Shown here one piece after another: positions 47,769 through 57,314 of a stretch of DNA of 64,000 bases. Within the stretch, counting starts at the first letter, position 1. Every line of letters starts with the position of its first letter. Origin of the DNA: Terriglobia bacterium (GTDB lineage: Bacteria > Acidobacteriota > Polarisedimenticolia > Polarisedimenticolales > JAIQFR01); contig CAVVHE010000005.1 in NCBI GenBank assembly GCA_963748015.1, positions 288,001 through 352,000 of the forward strand, written 5' to 3'. The notes under the pieces are model-generated. The model was not told where the DNA came from, ran no database searches, and saw only the letters and a program-made list of their open reading frames with translations. The position numbers and the translations under genes were made by a program.

Positions 47769-48227
47769 ATGAAGACGAACCTCCGGGCGGTGGGGCTGCT
47801 CGCCGTTGCCGCGCTCGCCGGCTGCGCCTCCCCGTCCGTGCGGCGGGAGGCGATCGCAACCGCGAAGGCCCCCGCGGCGATCGGCCCCTACTCCCAGGCG
47901 ATCCGCGCCGGCGATGCCGTGTGGGTCGCCGGACAGCTCGGGCTCGATCCCGCCACGGGGAAGATGGTCGAGGGGGGGATCGAGGGCGAGACGCGCCAGG
48001 CGATCGAGAACGTGCGGGCGATCCTCTCCGCCGCGGACCTCGGGCTCGAGGACGTCGTGCAGACCCAGGTGTTCCTCGCCGACCTCGACGATTTCCAGGC
48101 GATGAACGCCGTCTACGCCGGGTTCTTCCCGAAGGCGCCGCCCGCGCGCGCGACCGTGCAGGTCGCGAAGCTCCCCAAGGGGGCGCGCGTCGAGATCCTG
48201 GCGGTCGCCGTCCGGACGTCCCGGTAA
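47769..48227 (+). CDS. RidA/Rid-family imine deaminase with lipoprotein signal
   Basis: ALAGC lipobox; APAAIGPYSQAI, MNAVY..FF, PPARATVQV..LPKGARVEI. Confidence 0.9.
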   Translation: MKTNLRAVGLLAVAALAGCASPSVRREAIATAKAPAAIGPYSQAIRAGDAVWVAGQLGLDPATGKMVEGGIEGETRQAIENVRAILSAADLGLEDVVQTQVFLADLDDFQAMNAVYAGFFPKAPPARATVQVAKLPKGARVEILAVAVRTSR

Positions 48228-48285
48228 CGCCGGGTTCGCAGGGAAGGCGCTCCCCCGCGCGGGCCGGCGGGAGTATGCTCGCCGC

Positions 48286-49686
48286 GTGACCGCCGTATCG
48301 TGGAGAGGGGTCCTCTTCGCCGCGGCGCTTGCCGTGCCGCTCCCGCTCCCGTCCGTGCCGGCGGCCCCGCCGGTCGACGAGGCGACCGCGGCCGTGCGCG
48401 TGCGCGCCCTCATCGCCCAGGACCTCTGGCGGGAAGCCCTCGAGGAAGCCGGGGCGCTCGCGGCGGCGAGACCGGACTCCGCCGCGGCGAAGGCGCTGCT
48501 CGGCGAGGCGCTTTACCGCGCGGGCCGGATCGCGGAGGCGGCGGCGCTGCTCGGCCCTCTCGTCGCGAGCGGCGCTCCGCCGCCGAGAGCGCTCGCGGTC
48601 CTGGGTCTCGCCCGCGTCGCCGAGGGGAAGGACGACGAGGGCGCGGCGCTGCTCGACCGGGCGCTCGCGGCGGCGCCGGATGACCGGTTCGTCGTCTTCT
48701 GGGCGGCGGGAGGGGCTTCGACCCGCGCGGAGACGATCGCGCGGCTCGAGAAGTACCTCGCGCTGAGCGAAGGGGACGACAAGGACCGGATCGAGGGGGC
48801 GCGCGGGACGATCCGCCTCTACAGGGCTCTCGGCGAGCGGCCGGTGTGGGTCCCCAAGAACCGGCCCGAGCGGCTCGAGCTTCCGCTCCACGGGCTGGCC
48901 GGCGCGCCGGGACGCAATCGTGGCTATCTGATCGACGCCGTCCTGGGGGACGGGAAGCGCGCGCGTCTCCTCCTCGATACGGGAAGCGGGGGGTTGTTCC
49001 TGCTCGACAGGATCGCGAAGAAGGGCGGTCTCGTCCCGCTCTCCGAGGAGACCGTGTTCGCGGGCGGGGGCGAGGGGCGCCAGGCGTCCCGCCGGGGCCT
49101 CCTTCCCGCGTTCGCGCTCGGCGAGCTCCGCTTCGCGGACGCGCTGGTCTCCACCACGACCGAGGAGATCGAGCCCACCGGCAGGTATCACGGCATCGTC
49201 GGGCTGTCGGTCTTCGCGGGATATCGCGTCACGATCGACCTCGATCGGAACCGGCTCGTTCTGGAGCCCTCCCCCGCCGCCGCCGCCGGCAGCCCCTACT
49301 GGACCGTGTCGGGCCAGATCCTCGTCGAGGCCCGGGCGCGCGGCGGCGCCGCCGGCCTCTTCATGCTGGATACCGGGGCGGCGAGGACCGAGGTCTCGTC
49401 GACCCTCGCCAGGTCGGTCCCGGGGGCGAGCCTCGGCCCCCCGATCCCGGTGCGGGGCTACGGCGGGAACATGCCGGGGACCCGGCTGGCCCGAGGGCTC
49501 GGTGTCGAGTTCCAGGCGCTCTCCTCCGAGGGAGCAGAGCTGATCGCCGCGGACCTGACGATGCGCAGCCGCCTCGGAGGCGTCGAGCTGTCGGGAATGC
49601 TCGGGCTCGATCTCCTCGACGGGACAAGGATCACCGTGGACACGAAGGCCCGCACGATCGAGATCGTGCGCGCCTCGAAACGCTAG
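48286..49686 (+). CDS. TPR + double retropepsin-like aspartyl protease, secreted
   Basis: Ala-rich TPR helices; LLLDTGS...GIVG and FMLDTGA...GMLGLD. Confidence 0.85.
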   Translation: MTAVSWRGVLFAAALAVPLPLPSVPAAPPVDEATAAVRVRALIAQDLWREALEEAGALAAARPDSAAAKALLGEALYRAGRIAEAAALLGPLVASGAPPPRALAVLGLARVAEGKDDEGAALLDRALAAAPDDRFVVFWAAGGASTRAETIARLEKYLALSEGDDKDRIEGARGTIRLYRALGERPVWVPKNRPERLELPLHGLAGAPGRNRGYLIDAVLGDGKRARLLLDTGSGGLFLLDRIAKKGGLVPLSEETVFAGGGEGRQASRRGLLPAFALGELRFADALVSTTTEEIEPTGRYHGIVGLSVFAGYRVTIDLDRNRLVLEPSPAAAAGSPYWTVSGQILVEARARGGAAGLFMLDTGAARTEVSSTLARSVPGASLGPPIPVRGYGGNMPGTRLARGLGVEFQALSSEGAELIAADLTMRSRLGGVELSGMLGLDLLDGTRITVDTKARTIEIVRASKR

Positions 49687-49772
49687 CCGGCGCTGGAATC
49701 CGGCCCCGCCCGTGCGCTATGCTCTCCGCCAATCCGAAGCCCCGCGCCGGGGAAGAGACCGGAGACACCGCC

Positions 49773-50678
49773 ATGCCGATCACCCGACTCGAGCAGATGG
49801 TCGACGCGCTCAAGACCCGCCCCCGGAAGAGGCTCGTCGCCGCCTACGCCAACGACGCCCACACGGTCGCCGCCGTCAGCCGGGCCGTGGAGCTCGGCAT
49901 CGTCGAGGGAACGCTCGTCGGCGACCGGGAGAAGATCGCCGCGGCGTGCAAGGAGGAGGGGATCGACCCCGGCCGGCTGGCGATCGTGCACGAGCCGGAC
50001 GAGGGGAAGGCCACCGCTCTCGCCGTAGCGATGGTCAACTCGGGCGAGGGGCAGATCCTGATGAAGGGGCTCGTCTCGACGGACAAGTACATGCGGGCGA
50101 TCCTCGACAAGGAGCGCGGGCTCATGGACCAAGGAGCGATCCTGAGCCACGTGTCGGTCATCGAGAACCGGCGGTACCACAAGCTGATCGTCTGCGGCGA
50201 CGTCGCCGTGATCCCGCAGCCGGAGCTGAAGGAGAAGATCGCGATCGCGCAGTACCTCATCCGCACCGCCCGCGCCCTCGGGATCGAGCGCCCGAAGCTG
50301 GCGATCGTCGCCGCGTCGGAGCAGGTCCTGCCGAAAATGCAGGCGTGCGTGGACGCCGCGATCCTCGCGAAGATGGCCGAGCGCGGCCAGCTCAAGGGGG
50401 CGATCGTGGACGGGCCGCTCGGTCTCGACGCTGCGATCGACTCCGAGGCCGCGAAGATCAAGGGGATCGGCGGCGAGGTCGCGGGCGACGCCGACTGCCT
50501 CCTCTTCGCGAACATCGAGGCGGGGAACGTCTTCTACAAGACGAACACCAAGCTCGCGGACGCGGAGCTCGCGGCGATGGTGGCCGGCGCGCGCGCGCCG
50601 GCGATCCTCTCGTCCCGCGGCGACAGCGTCGCGACCAAGACCTACTCGATCGCGCTCGGCGCCCTGACGGCGAGCTGA
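49773..50678 (+). CDS. ptb: Phosphate butyryltransferase / phosphate acyltransferase
   Basis: ILMKGLVST, LSHV, VDGPLGLD.AI..EAA.IKG, GDAD.L...IEAGN..YK, LSSRGDS. Confidence 0.88.
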   Translation: MPITRLEQMVDALKTRPRKRLVAAYANDAHTVAAVSRAVELGIVEGTLVGDREKIAAACKEEGIDPGRLAIVHEPDEGKATALAVAMVNSGEGQILMKGLVSTDKYMRAILDKERGLMDQGAILSHVSVIENRRYHKLIVCGDVAVIPQPELKEKIAIAQYLIRTARALGIERPKLAIVAASEQVLPKMQACVDAAILAKMAERGQLKGAIVDGPLGLDAAIDSEAAKIKGIGGEVAGDADCLLFANIEAGNVFYKTNTKLADAELAAMVAGARAPAILSSRGDSVATKTYSIALGALTAS

Positions 50679-50694
50679 GGCGGCGGGCCGGGCT

Positions 50695-52936
50695 TCAGGT
50701 GGCGACGGTCTCGGCGGCGTACTCCTTCGCGTCTTCCTTTCCGGACAGGACCCGCAGGGCGCCCTTGACCAGCGCGGACATCTCGTTCTCGCCCGGGTAC
50801 ACGCTGATCCCGCACCCCAGCGCAGCGACGAGGCGCCCGATCTCCGCGACCAGGCGCTTCGACCGGGCCATGCCGCCGGTGAGCAGGATGCGGTCCACCT
50901 TCTCGCCCTCGAAGGCCGGGACCATCGAGGCGATCTGCTTGGCGATCTGGTAGGCCAGCGCCGAGTGCACCTCGGCGGCCCACCGGTCTCCACCGTCCAT
51001 CCGCCGCTCGACCTCGCGCAGGTCCGCCGTGCCCAGGAGATCGATCAGGCCGCCGCGCCCCTTGTTGAGCCTCTTCAGCTCCGAGTGGGTGTAGCTTGCC
51101 GGAGAAGCACAGGTCGATGAGCTGCCCGGGCGGGAGGGATCCCGAGCGCTGCGGGCGTGAACGGCCCCTCGCCGTCGAGGCCGTTGTTCACGTCGATGTA
51201 GCGGCCGTGCTTGTGGGCGCCGACCGAGATGCCGCCGCCCATGTGGGCGACGATGACGTTGACCTTCTCGTAGAAGGTCTCGTTCTCCTCGGCGTAGCGG
51301 CGGGCCGTGGCGATCTGGTTCAGGGCGTGGCTGATGACCTTGCGGCGGATCGCCTTCATGCCCGGTGATCTTGACCCGCTCGGGGACCTCGTCCACCACC
51401 ACGGGGTCCACGATGAACGCGGGCTTGCCGCGTCCCGGCCACCAGCTCGCGGGCGATCAGGGCGCCGAGGTTCGAGGCGTGCTCGCCCTGCCGGCCGGCG
51501 CGCAGGTCGTCCACCATGGCGTCGGTCACCTTGTAGGTGCCGTGGGGGATCGGACGCAGGAGGCCGCCGCGGCCCGGCCACCGCGTCGAGGTCGTCGGGA
51601 CCGAGGCCGTTCTCGCTCGAGCGACCTTCAGGATCGACCTCCTTCCGGAAGGGGAACTGCGCGGTGATGCGCTTGCCCTCGAACGGCGCCAGCTCCTCCG
51701 CCGCGTGCTGCGAGCTCCTTCGGTGAAGCGCTCCTCGTCCCCCTCGTAGACGCGAGATCTTGGTGGAGGTGGAGCCGGGGTTGACCGCCAGGACGCGGTA
51801 GCGCGCGGAAGAAGGTGTCGCTCGGGGTGCGCTTCCACTCGCCGAACTGGTGCATGCGCAGCACGGAGGCCTTCACCGCGAGCCGGACGTCCTCGGGGGT
51901 GCAGTCCATCGGCAGGTCGACGCCGCGGAACCGCAGGCCGAACATGACCGGGAACTTCTTGGCCGTCGGGATACCGCGTGGCGTAGAGGTGGTAGAGCAG
52001 GTTCCCCATGTCGAGGTTGGGGCAGATGATGACGTTGGGCCCGCCCTCCCACGCGCCGTCCCCTTCGCCGCTGGTAGTAGCGTGGCGGAGCGCTGCGAGA
52101 GGGCGACGGAGACCTTGACCTCGCCGTGGATCTTGATCGTGCCGTAGCGCGGCGCCGTGGTCGATCGCGCTCGGCGAGGATCTCGGGCACGAGCGCCGTG
52201 GCCTTCCGGACCAGCTCCGGCGACGGCCCCTCGTCGGAGCCGCGGTGGGAGTAGGACACGATCGCGCCGCGGATCTCCGGCAGCACGTCCTCGGGGATCA
52301 GGTCGCGCGCGATCGCGCAGGTGCCGACGGCCACGTGGGCCAGCACGTCCGGCGTCATCGTGGCGTTCACGCCGACGTCGCCGAACACCACGATGTTGTG
52401 GGGGAAGACGTCGTGCGGGTGGTCGTCCGGGAGCACGAAGACGCCCGGCCTCGACCTGGATGTCCTGCTTCTGCAGGATCCGGAGCATCGGCCGGAAGTA
52501 GTCCCTCGGCGCGTGCCGGCGCCGCCGACGACCGTGTCGGCGTGGCCGAGCTTCACGGCGCAGATCCCGAAGTGCCCGGGCTCCGACACGAAGCGGCGCG
52601 CGTCGTCCAGCGAGGGCTTCGAGCCGCCGCCGGCGCAGTGGTCCTGGTAGCAGCGCGGCGAACTCGTCCAGCAGGTCGGTCGCGCTCGGCAATGTCCACG
52701 AAGGCGCTCTCCGACAGCGCGAACTCGACCCGATTCGGGTCCACGTGGCGGAGCTCCCGCTCGACGACGTCGCGCACCTCGGCCTCCGGTGCCAGGAACA
52801 CGGGGCGGCAGAAGCGCGTCAGGTAGCAGGCGGCCTCGACGATGCGGGGATCGAGCGCCTCGGTGAACACGACCGTCGGGCGGTTCCTCGGCACGCTCAG
52901 GATCTGCTGGTCGAAGGAGGACTCGATGTCGTACAT
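50695..52936 (-). pseudogene. Phosphate acyltransferase-butyrate kinase fusion, multiply frameshifted (likely assembly errors)
   Basis: Fragments in shifting frames: [34 protein letters not shown] (PTA); [48 protein letters not shown] (Buk). Confidence 0.85.
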
Positions 52937-53176
52937 ACGGACTCCGTGACCGGGCGCACGCTCGTGGCCGCGCCGGGCGGACCGGATCGGGATCGTGGCG
53001 CCGGGGCTGAGCCCGCCGGGTCTTTGAATATGGATTCTAGCAAGTCGGGGAAGCAAACGGTCGTGCTTTCCCGTACGGGATGAAAACGTTGAGGACCCCA
53101 ATGGTCGGGGTTCCGCTCGGAGGGCCGAACGAGGCGGCAACGGCGGGACGGAAGGAACTGGTAGAAGAGCTGCAAT

Positions 53177-53210
53177 CAGGGACAGCAACCTGCGCAGGTT
53201 GCTGTCCCTG
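53177..53210. repeat. Perfect 34-bp palindrome (REP-like or terminator) downstream of the S9 peptidase
   Basis: CAGGGACAGCAACCTGC|GCAGGTTGCTGTCCCTG. Confidence 0.9.
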
Positions 53211-53222
53211 GTTTCAATACCT

Positions 53223-55268
53223 CTATTTCTTGGTCCACCGGTCGAGCCAGGCCAGCACCGTCTCGTGCCAGAGGATGCTGTTCGCCGGCTTCAGGACCCA
53301 GTGGTTCTCGTCGGGGAAGTGGAGGAACTTGCTGGGGATGCCGAGGCGCTGCGCCGCGGTGAAGGTGGCGATCCCCTGCGTTTCCACCACGCGGTAGTCC
53401 TTCCCGCCGTGGATCACGAGCATCGGCGCCTTCCAGTTCCTGACGAAGTTGACCGGGTTCTGCTTCTCGTACGACTCGGGGTTCGACCAAGGCGTCCCGC
53501 GGTGGTCGCGCTCGGGGAACCAGAGCTCCTCGGTGTCGAAGTAGGCGGAGCGCTCGTCCAGGTTCCCGTCGTGCGTCACGAGGCAGCGGAACCGGTCCGG
53601 CCAGTTCCCGGCGATCCAGTTGATCATGTAGCCGCCGAACGAGGCGCCGAGCGCCGCGACGCGGTCGCCGTCCATGAAGGGGTACTTCTTGATCGCCGCG
53701 TCGAGCCCCTTCTTGAGGTCCTCGAGCGGCTTGCCGCCCCAATCCCCCTGGATCGCGTCGGTGAACGCCTGGCCGTATCCCGTGGAGCCGTGGAAATCCA
53801 CCATCACCACCGCGTAGCCGGCGCCGGCGTACGCCTGCGGATTCCAGCGGTAGTGGAAGTCGTTGCCGAACGACCCCTGGGGGCCGCCGTGAATCAGGAA
53901 GGCCACCGGGTATTTCTTCGCGGGGTCGAAGTCCACCGGCTTGACGACGTACCCCCAGACGGTCTCGTCGTTCCACCCCTTGAAGGAGAACTGCTCCGGC
54001 TCGCCCATTCGCGCCGCGGCCACCTTCTCCGCGTTGATGCGCGTGAGCTGGCGGACGTCGGTCCCGTCGGTCTTGACCGAGTACAGCTCCACCGGCGACT
54101 TCAGGTGGTCGAGGCCGTACACGATCCGGTCTCCCGCGAGGACCGGCGAGCGGACGGTGCCGCGCTCGACCAGCGGCCTCGCGCCGCCGGTCGCGGCGTC
54201 CACGGCGAAGAGGGCCGTCTGCCCGACGCTCTCGGCGGCGGCGTAGATCGTCCTGCCGTCCGCGGACCAGAAGATCGTGTCGGGGGACCGGTCCCAGCCT
54301 TCGGTCAGGACGCGCGCCGCGCCGTCCGGCCAGGGCTTGAGGACGATGCGCCGCCGGTCGGCCTCGTAGCCCGGGACCTTCATGGCGAGGTAGGCCAGCG
54401 TCTTCCCGTCGGGCGAGAACACGGGTGCCGTGTCCCACGCGGGGCTGTCGGCGGTCAGGTTGCGAGGGGGCGCCGAGCCGTCGACCGGAACCGCGAACAG
54501 GTCGTGGTTCGTGGACCACGCCTCCTCGCGCCCGACGTTCCGCGCCGAGAACACCAGGATCTTCCCGTCGCGCGAGAAGGCGAGCTCGTCGGCGCCGCCG
54601 AACGGCTTGCTCGGGGAGTCGGCGTCCATCTCCTTCATCAGGTCCACCGGGGCCCCGCCGGCCGGCGGGACGAGGAACAGGTGCGAGCGGCGGCCGTCGC
54701 CCCACTCGTCCCAGTGGCGGACGAAGAGCCGGTCGTAGACCCGGCCGCTCGCCTTGCGCGTCGCGGTCTCGTCGAGCCGCTTCTTCGTTCCCTCGATCGT
54801 GTCGCCGGGGAACACGTCCATCGCGATGACGAGGGACTTGCCGTCGGGCGAGGGCAGGAACGTGCCGACGTCGAGCGGCTGCTTCGTCACCTGCTCCGCC
54901 TCGCCGCCGTCCAGCGGGATCCGCCAGACCTGCGACGATCCGGAGCGGGTCGAGAGGAACAGGACCGAGCCGCCGTCCGCCGCCCAGGCCGGGCTCGAGT
55001 CCCCCGCCTCGTGCGACGTGAGCCTCCTCAGCCCCGTGCCGTCCGTCCCGACGAGCCAGAGGTCGGTCCGCCTCTTGTTGGCCTCGAGGTCGGTCCGGCT
55101 CAGGACGAACACGATCCGCTTCCCGTCGGGCGAGGCCTTGGGGTCCGAGATGCGGTCCATCGCGAGCATGTCGTGGATCGTCAGGGGATGGCTTTCGGCC
55201 GCCCGCGCCGCGGCGATTCCGGCGGCGGGGAGCGCGATCAGCGACAGCAACAGCGCGGCTCGTAGCAT
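53223..55268 (-). CDS. S9-family peptidase (dipeptidyl-peptidase 5/acylaminoacyl peptidase-like), secreted
   Basis: PD40-like propeller repeats; IHGGPQ, GASFGG, DYRV, DENHW. Confidence 0.94.
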   Translation of the reverse strand: MLRAALLLSLIALPAAGIAAARAAESHPLTIHDMLAMDRISDPKASPDGKRIVFVLSRTDLEANKRRTDLWLVGTDGTGLRRLTSHEAGDSSPAWAADGGSVLFLSTRSGSSQVWRIPLDGGEAEQVTKQPLDVGTFLPSPDGKSLVIAMDVFPGDTIEGTKKRLDETATRKASGRVYDRLFVRHWDEWGDGRRSHLFLVPPAGGAPVDLMKEMDADSPSKPFGGADELAFSRDGKILVFSARNVGREEAWSTNHDLFAVPVDGSAPPRNLTADSPAWDTAPVFSPDGKTLAYLAMKVPGYEADRRRIVLKPWPDGAARVLTEGWDRSPDTIFWSADGRTIYAAAESVGQTALFAVDAATGGARPLVERGTVRSPVLAGDRIVYGLDHLKSPVELYSVKTDGTDVRQLTRINAEKVAAARMGEPEQFSFKGWNDETVWGYVVKPVDFDPAKKYPVAFLIHGGPQGSFGNDFHYRWNPQAYAGAGYAVVMVDFHGSTGYGQAFTDAIQGDWGGKPLEDLKKGLDAAIKKYPFMDGDRVAALGASFGGYMINWIAGNWPDRFRCLVTHDGNLDERSAYFDTEELWFPERDHRGTPWSNPESYEKQNPVNFVRNWKAPMLVIHGGKDYRVVETQGIATFTAAQRLGIPSKFLHFPDENHWVLKPANSILWHETVLAWLDRWTKK

Positions 55269-55351
55269 GGGGGTCCTCCTCGAGAGAGGGACATCCTAGC
55301 GCGAAGCCGCCCCGGGCGTCAGGCCCGTCACCCGCGTGCGGGTATCACGAG

Positions 55352-55539
55352 CGCAACGGTCGCCCGGGCACTCGTGCGGCGACCTCCCTCGGCGACGACC
55401 CGCATCGGCCGCGCGAAAGGTCGAGCAAGCGCGATGGCGCGGACCCTAGCGCCATCGCGCTCGACCCTTCGCGCGGCCGTGCAGGGGTCCCCGTCGCCTC
55501 GGGCTTTGTCGCCGCACCCGTGTCCGGGCGACCGTCGCG
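55352..55539 (-). repeat. Rod-like palindromic element, copy A (reverse orientation)
   Basis: Reverse complement of the about 140-nt core at 57135-57274, with its own paired outer arms. Confidence 0.92.
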
Positions 55540-55627
55540 AAAAAGTGGCTGGCAAGACGGGCCGAATCCGGATGCGCGCGCCAGACCCCCGACACTAGAA
55601 TGCTCCCGACATGGGAAGGAGGCGCGC

Positions 55628-57091
55628 GTGAGACCGAACGGACGAGGGCAGCGGGCGAACCTGGCGGCGATCGCGAGGCGGGCGATGATCGAGCGCGAGC
55701 TCGAGCCGGACTTTCCGGCGGAGGTGCGGCGCGAGGTGGCGCGCATGACCGCCGCGGCGCGGGACGGGAACACGGTCCGCGACCTGCGCGGCATGCTCTG
55801 GGCGTCCATCGACAACGACGACTCGCGCGACCTCGACCAGCTGACCGTGGCCGAGCCGCTCGGCGGCGGGCGCTCGCGCGTTCTCGTGGCGATCGCCGAC
55901 GTGGACTCGCTCGTGGACCGCGGGACGGCGACCGACGGGCATGCCGCGAGGAACACGACCTCGGTCTACACCGCGGCCGCGATCTTCCCGATGCTGCCCG
56001 AGGAGCTGTCGACGGACCTCACGTCGCTCAACGAGGCGCAGGAGAGGATCGCGGTCGTCGTGGACATGGTCTTCGAGGAGGACGGCACGGCCGCGGGCGC
56101 CGAGCTCTACCGCGCGCGCGTCCTGAACAAGGCCAAGCTCGCCTACCGGAGCGTCGCCGCGTGGCTCGACGGCGCCGCGCCCCCGCCCAAGGTGCGGGAC
56201 GTTCCCGGCCTCGACGAGCAGCTGCGCCTTCAGGACCGGATCGCCGAGCGCCTCCACGACCTCCGGCAACGCCACGGCGCCCTCGGCCTCGAGACGATCG
56301 AGGCGCGGCCGGTCTTCGACGGCGACCTGCTCGTGGACCTCGACGTGGACCCGAAGGACCGGGCCAAGCGGATCATCGAGGACTTCATGATCGCCGCGAA
56401 CGGCGCCACCGCGGCTTTCCTCGAAGCGCGGCGTTTCCCGACCCTTCGCCGCGTGCTGCGCGCCCCGGAGCGTTGGGCGCGGATCGTGGATCTCGCGTCC
56501 CAACTTGGCGAACGGCTCCCGGGAGAACCCGACGCTCGGGCGCTCGAGGCCTTCCTCGCCAACCGGCGCAAGGCGGATCCCACCGGCTTCCCGGACCTGT
56601 CGCTCTCGGTGGTCAAGCTCATCGGCAAGGGCGAGTACGTCCTCAGCCTGCCGGGAAACGAGCCGCCGGGGCACTTCGGCCTCGCGGTCCGCGACTACGC
56701 CCACTCCACCGCGCCGAACCGCCGATTCCCCGACCTGATCACGCAGCGGCTGCTCAAGGCGGCGCTCGAGGGCGCGGAAGCCCCCTACACCGCACCCGAG
56801 CTTTCCGCCCTGGCCGAGCACTGCACGCGCAAGGAGGACGACGCCGCGAAGGTCGAGCGGCGCGTCCGCAAGTCCGCGGCCGCGCTTCTGCTCGAGCCGA
56901 GGATCGGCGAGCGCTTCGACGCGATCGTCACCGGCGCGTCGCCCAAGGGAACCTGGGTCCGCCTCTTCCACCCGCCCATCGAGGGGCGCGTCGAGCGCGG
57001 CTCCGAGGGAATGGACGTCGGCGACCGCGTCCAGGTGCAGCTCATCTCCACCGACGTCGACCGCGGCTTCATCGACTTCGCCCGAGTGTGA
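55628..57091 (+). CDS. RNB-domain exoribonuclease (RNase II/R family, short form)
   Basis: SIDNDDSRDLDQ, VAIADV, TSVYT, IEDFMIAAN, HFGL..YAHSTAPNRRFPDL, C-terminal S1; GTG after GGAAGGAGG. Confidence 0.93.
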   Translation: MRPNGRGQRANLAAIARRAMIERELEPDFPAEVRREVARMTAAARDGNTVRDLRGMLWASIDNDDSRDLDQLTVAEPLGGGRSRVLVAIADVDSLVDRGTATDGHAARNTTSVYTAAAIFPMLPEELSTDLTSLNEAQERIAVVVDMVFEEDGTAAGAELYRARVLNKAKLAYRSVAAWLDGAAPPPKVRDVPGLDEQLRLQDRIAERLHDLRQRHGALGLETIEARPVFDGDLLVDLDVDPKDRAKRIIEDFMIAANGATAAFLEARRFPTLRRVLRAPERWARIVDLASQLGERLPGEPDARALEAFLANRRKADPTGFPDLSLSVVKLIGKGEYVLSLPGNEPPGHFGLAVRDYAHSTAPNRRFPDLITQRLLKAALEGAEAPYTAPELSALAEHCTRKEDDAAKVERRVRKSAAALLLEPRIGERFDAIVTGASPKGTWVRLFHPPIEGRVERGSEGMDVGDRVQVQLISTDVDRGFIDFARV

Positions 57092-57107
57092 TCGCCGCGA
57101 CACCTCG

Positions 57108-57301
57108 CGCCGGCAATCGTTCGAGGATCGTCCCGCGGCGACGATGCCCGAGGCGACGGGGCCCCCTGCACGGCCGCGCGAAGGGTCGAGCGCGATGGCG
57201 CTAGGGTCCGCGCCATCGCGTTTGCTCGACCCTTTGCGCGGCCGATGCGGGTCGTCGCCGAGGGAGGTCGCCGCGGGACGATCCTCGGACGATTGCCGGC
57301 G
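57108..57301 (+). repeat. Rod-like palindromic element, copy B (194 nt)
   Basis: 35-bp outer stem (1 G-U) continuing into the conserved imperfect hairpin core. Confidence 0.93.
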
Positions 57302-57314
57302 TGGACCCGGCCGG

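Noticed and set aside
50695..52936. Programmed frameshifting in the PTA-Buk gene
   Set aside because: Too many shifts, with no slippery-site pattern
57108..57301. Rod element as integron attC or 6S RNA
   Set aside because: No RYYYAAC/GTTRRRY ends, no integrase, flanking genes not in cassette orientation; three dispersed copies and no large central bubble argue against 6S
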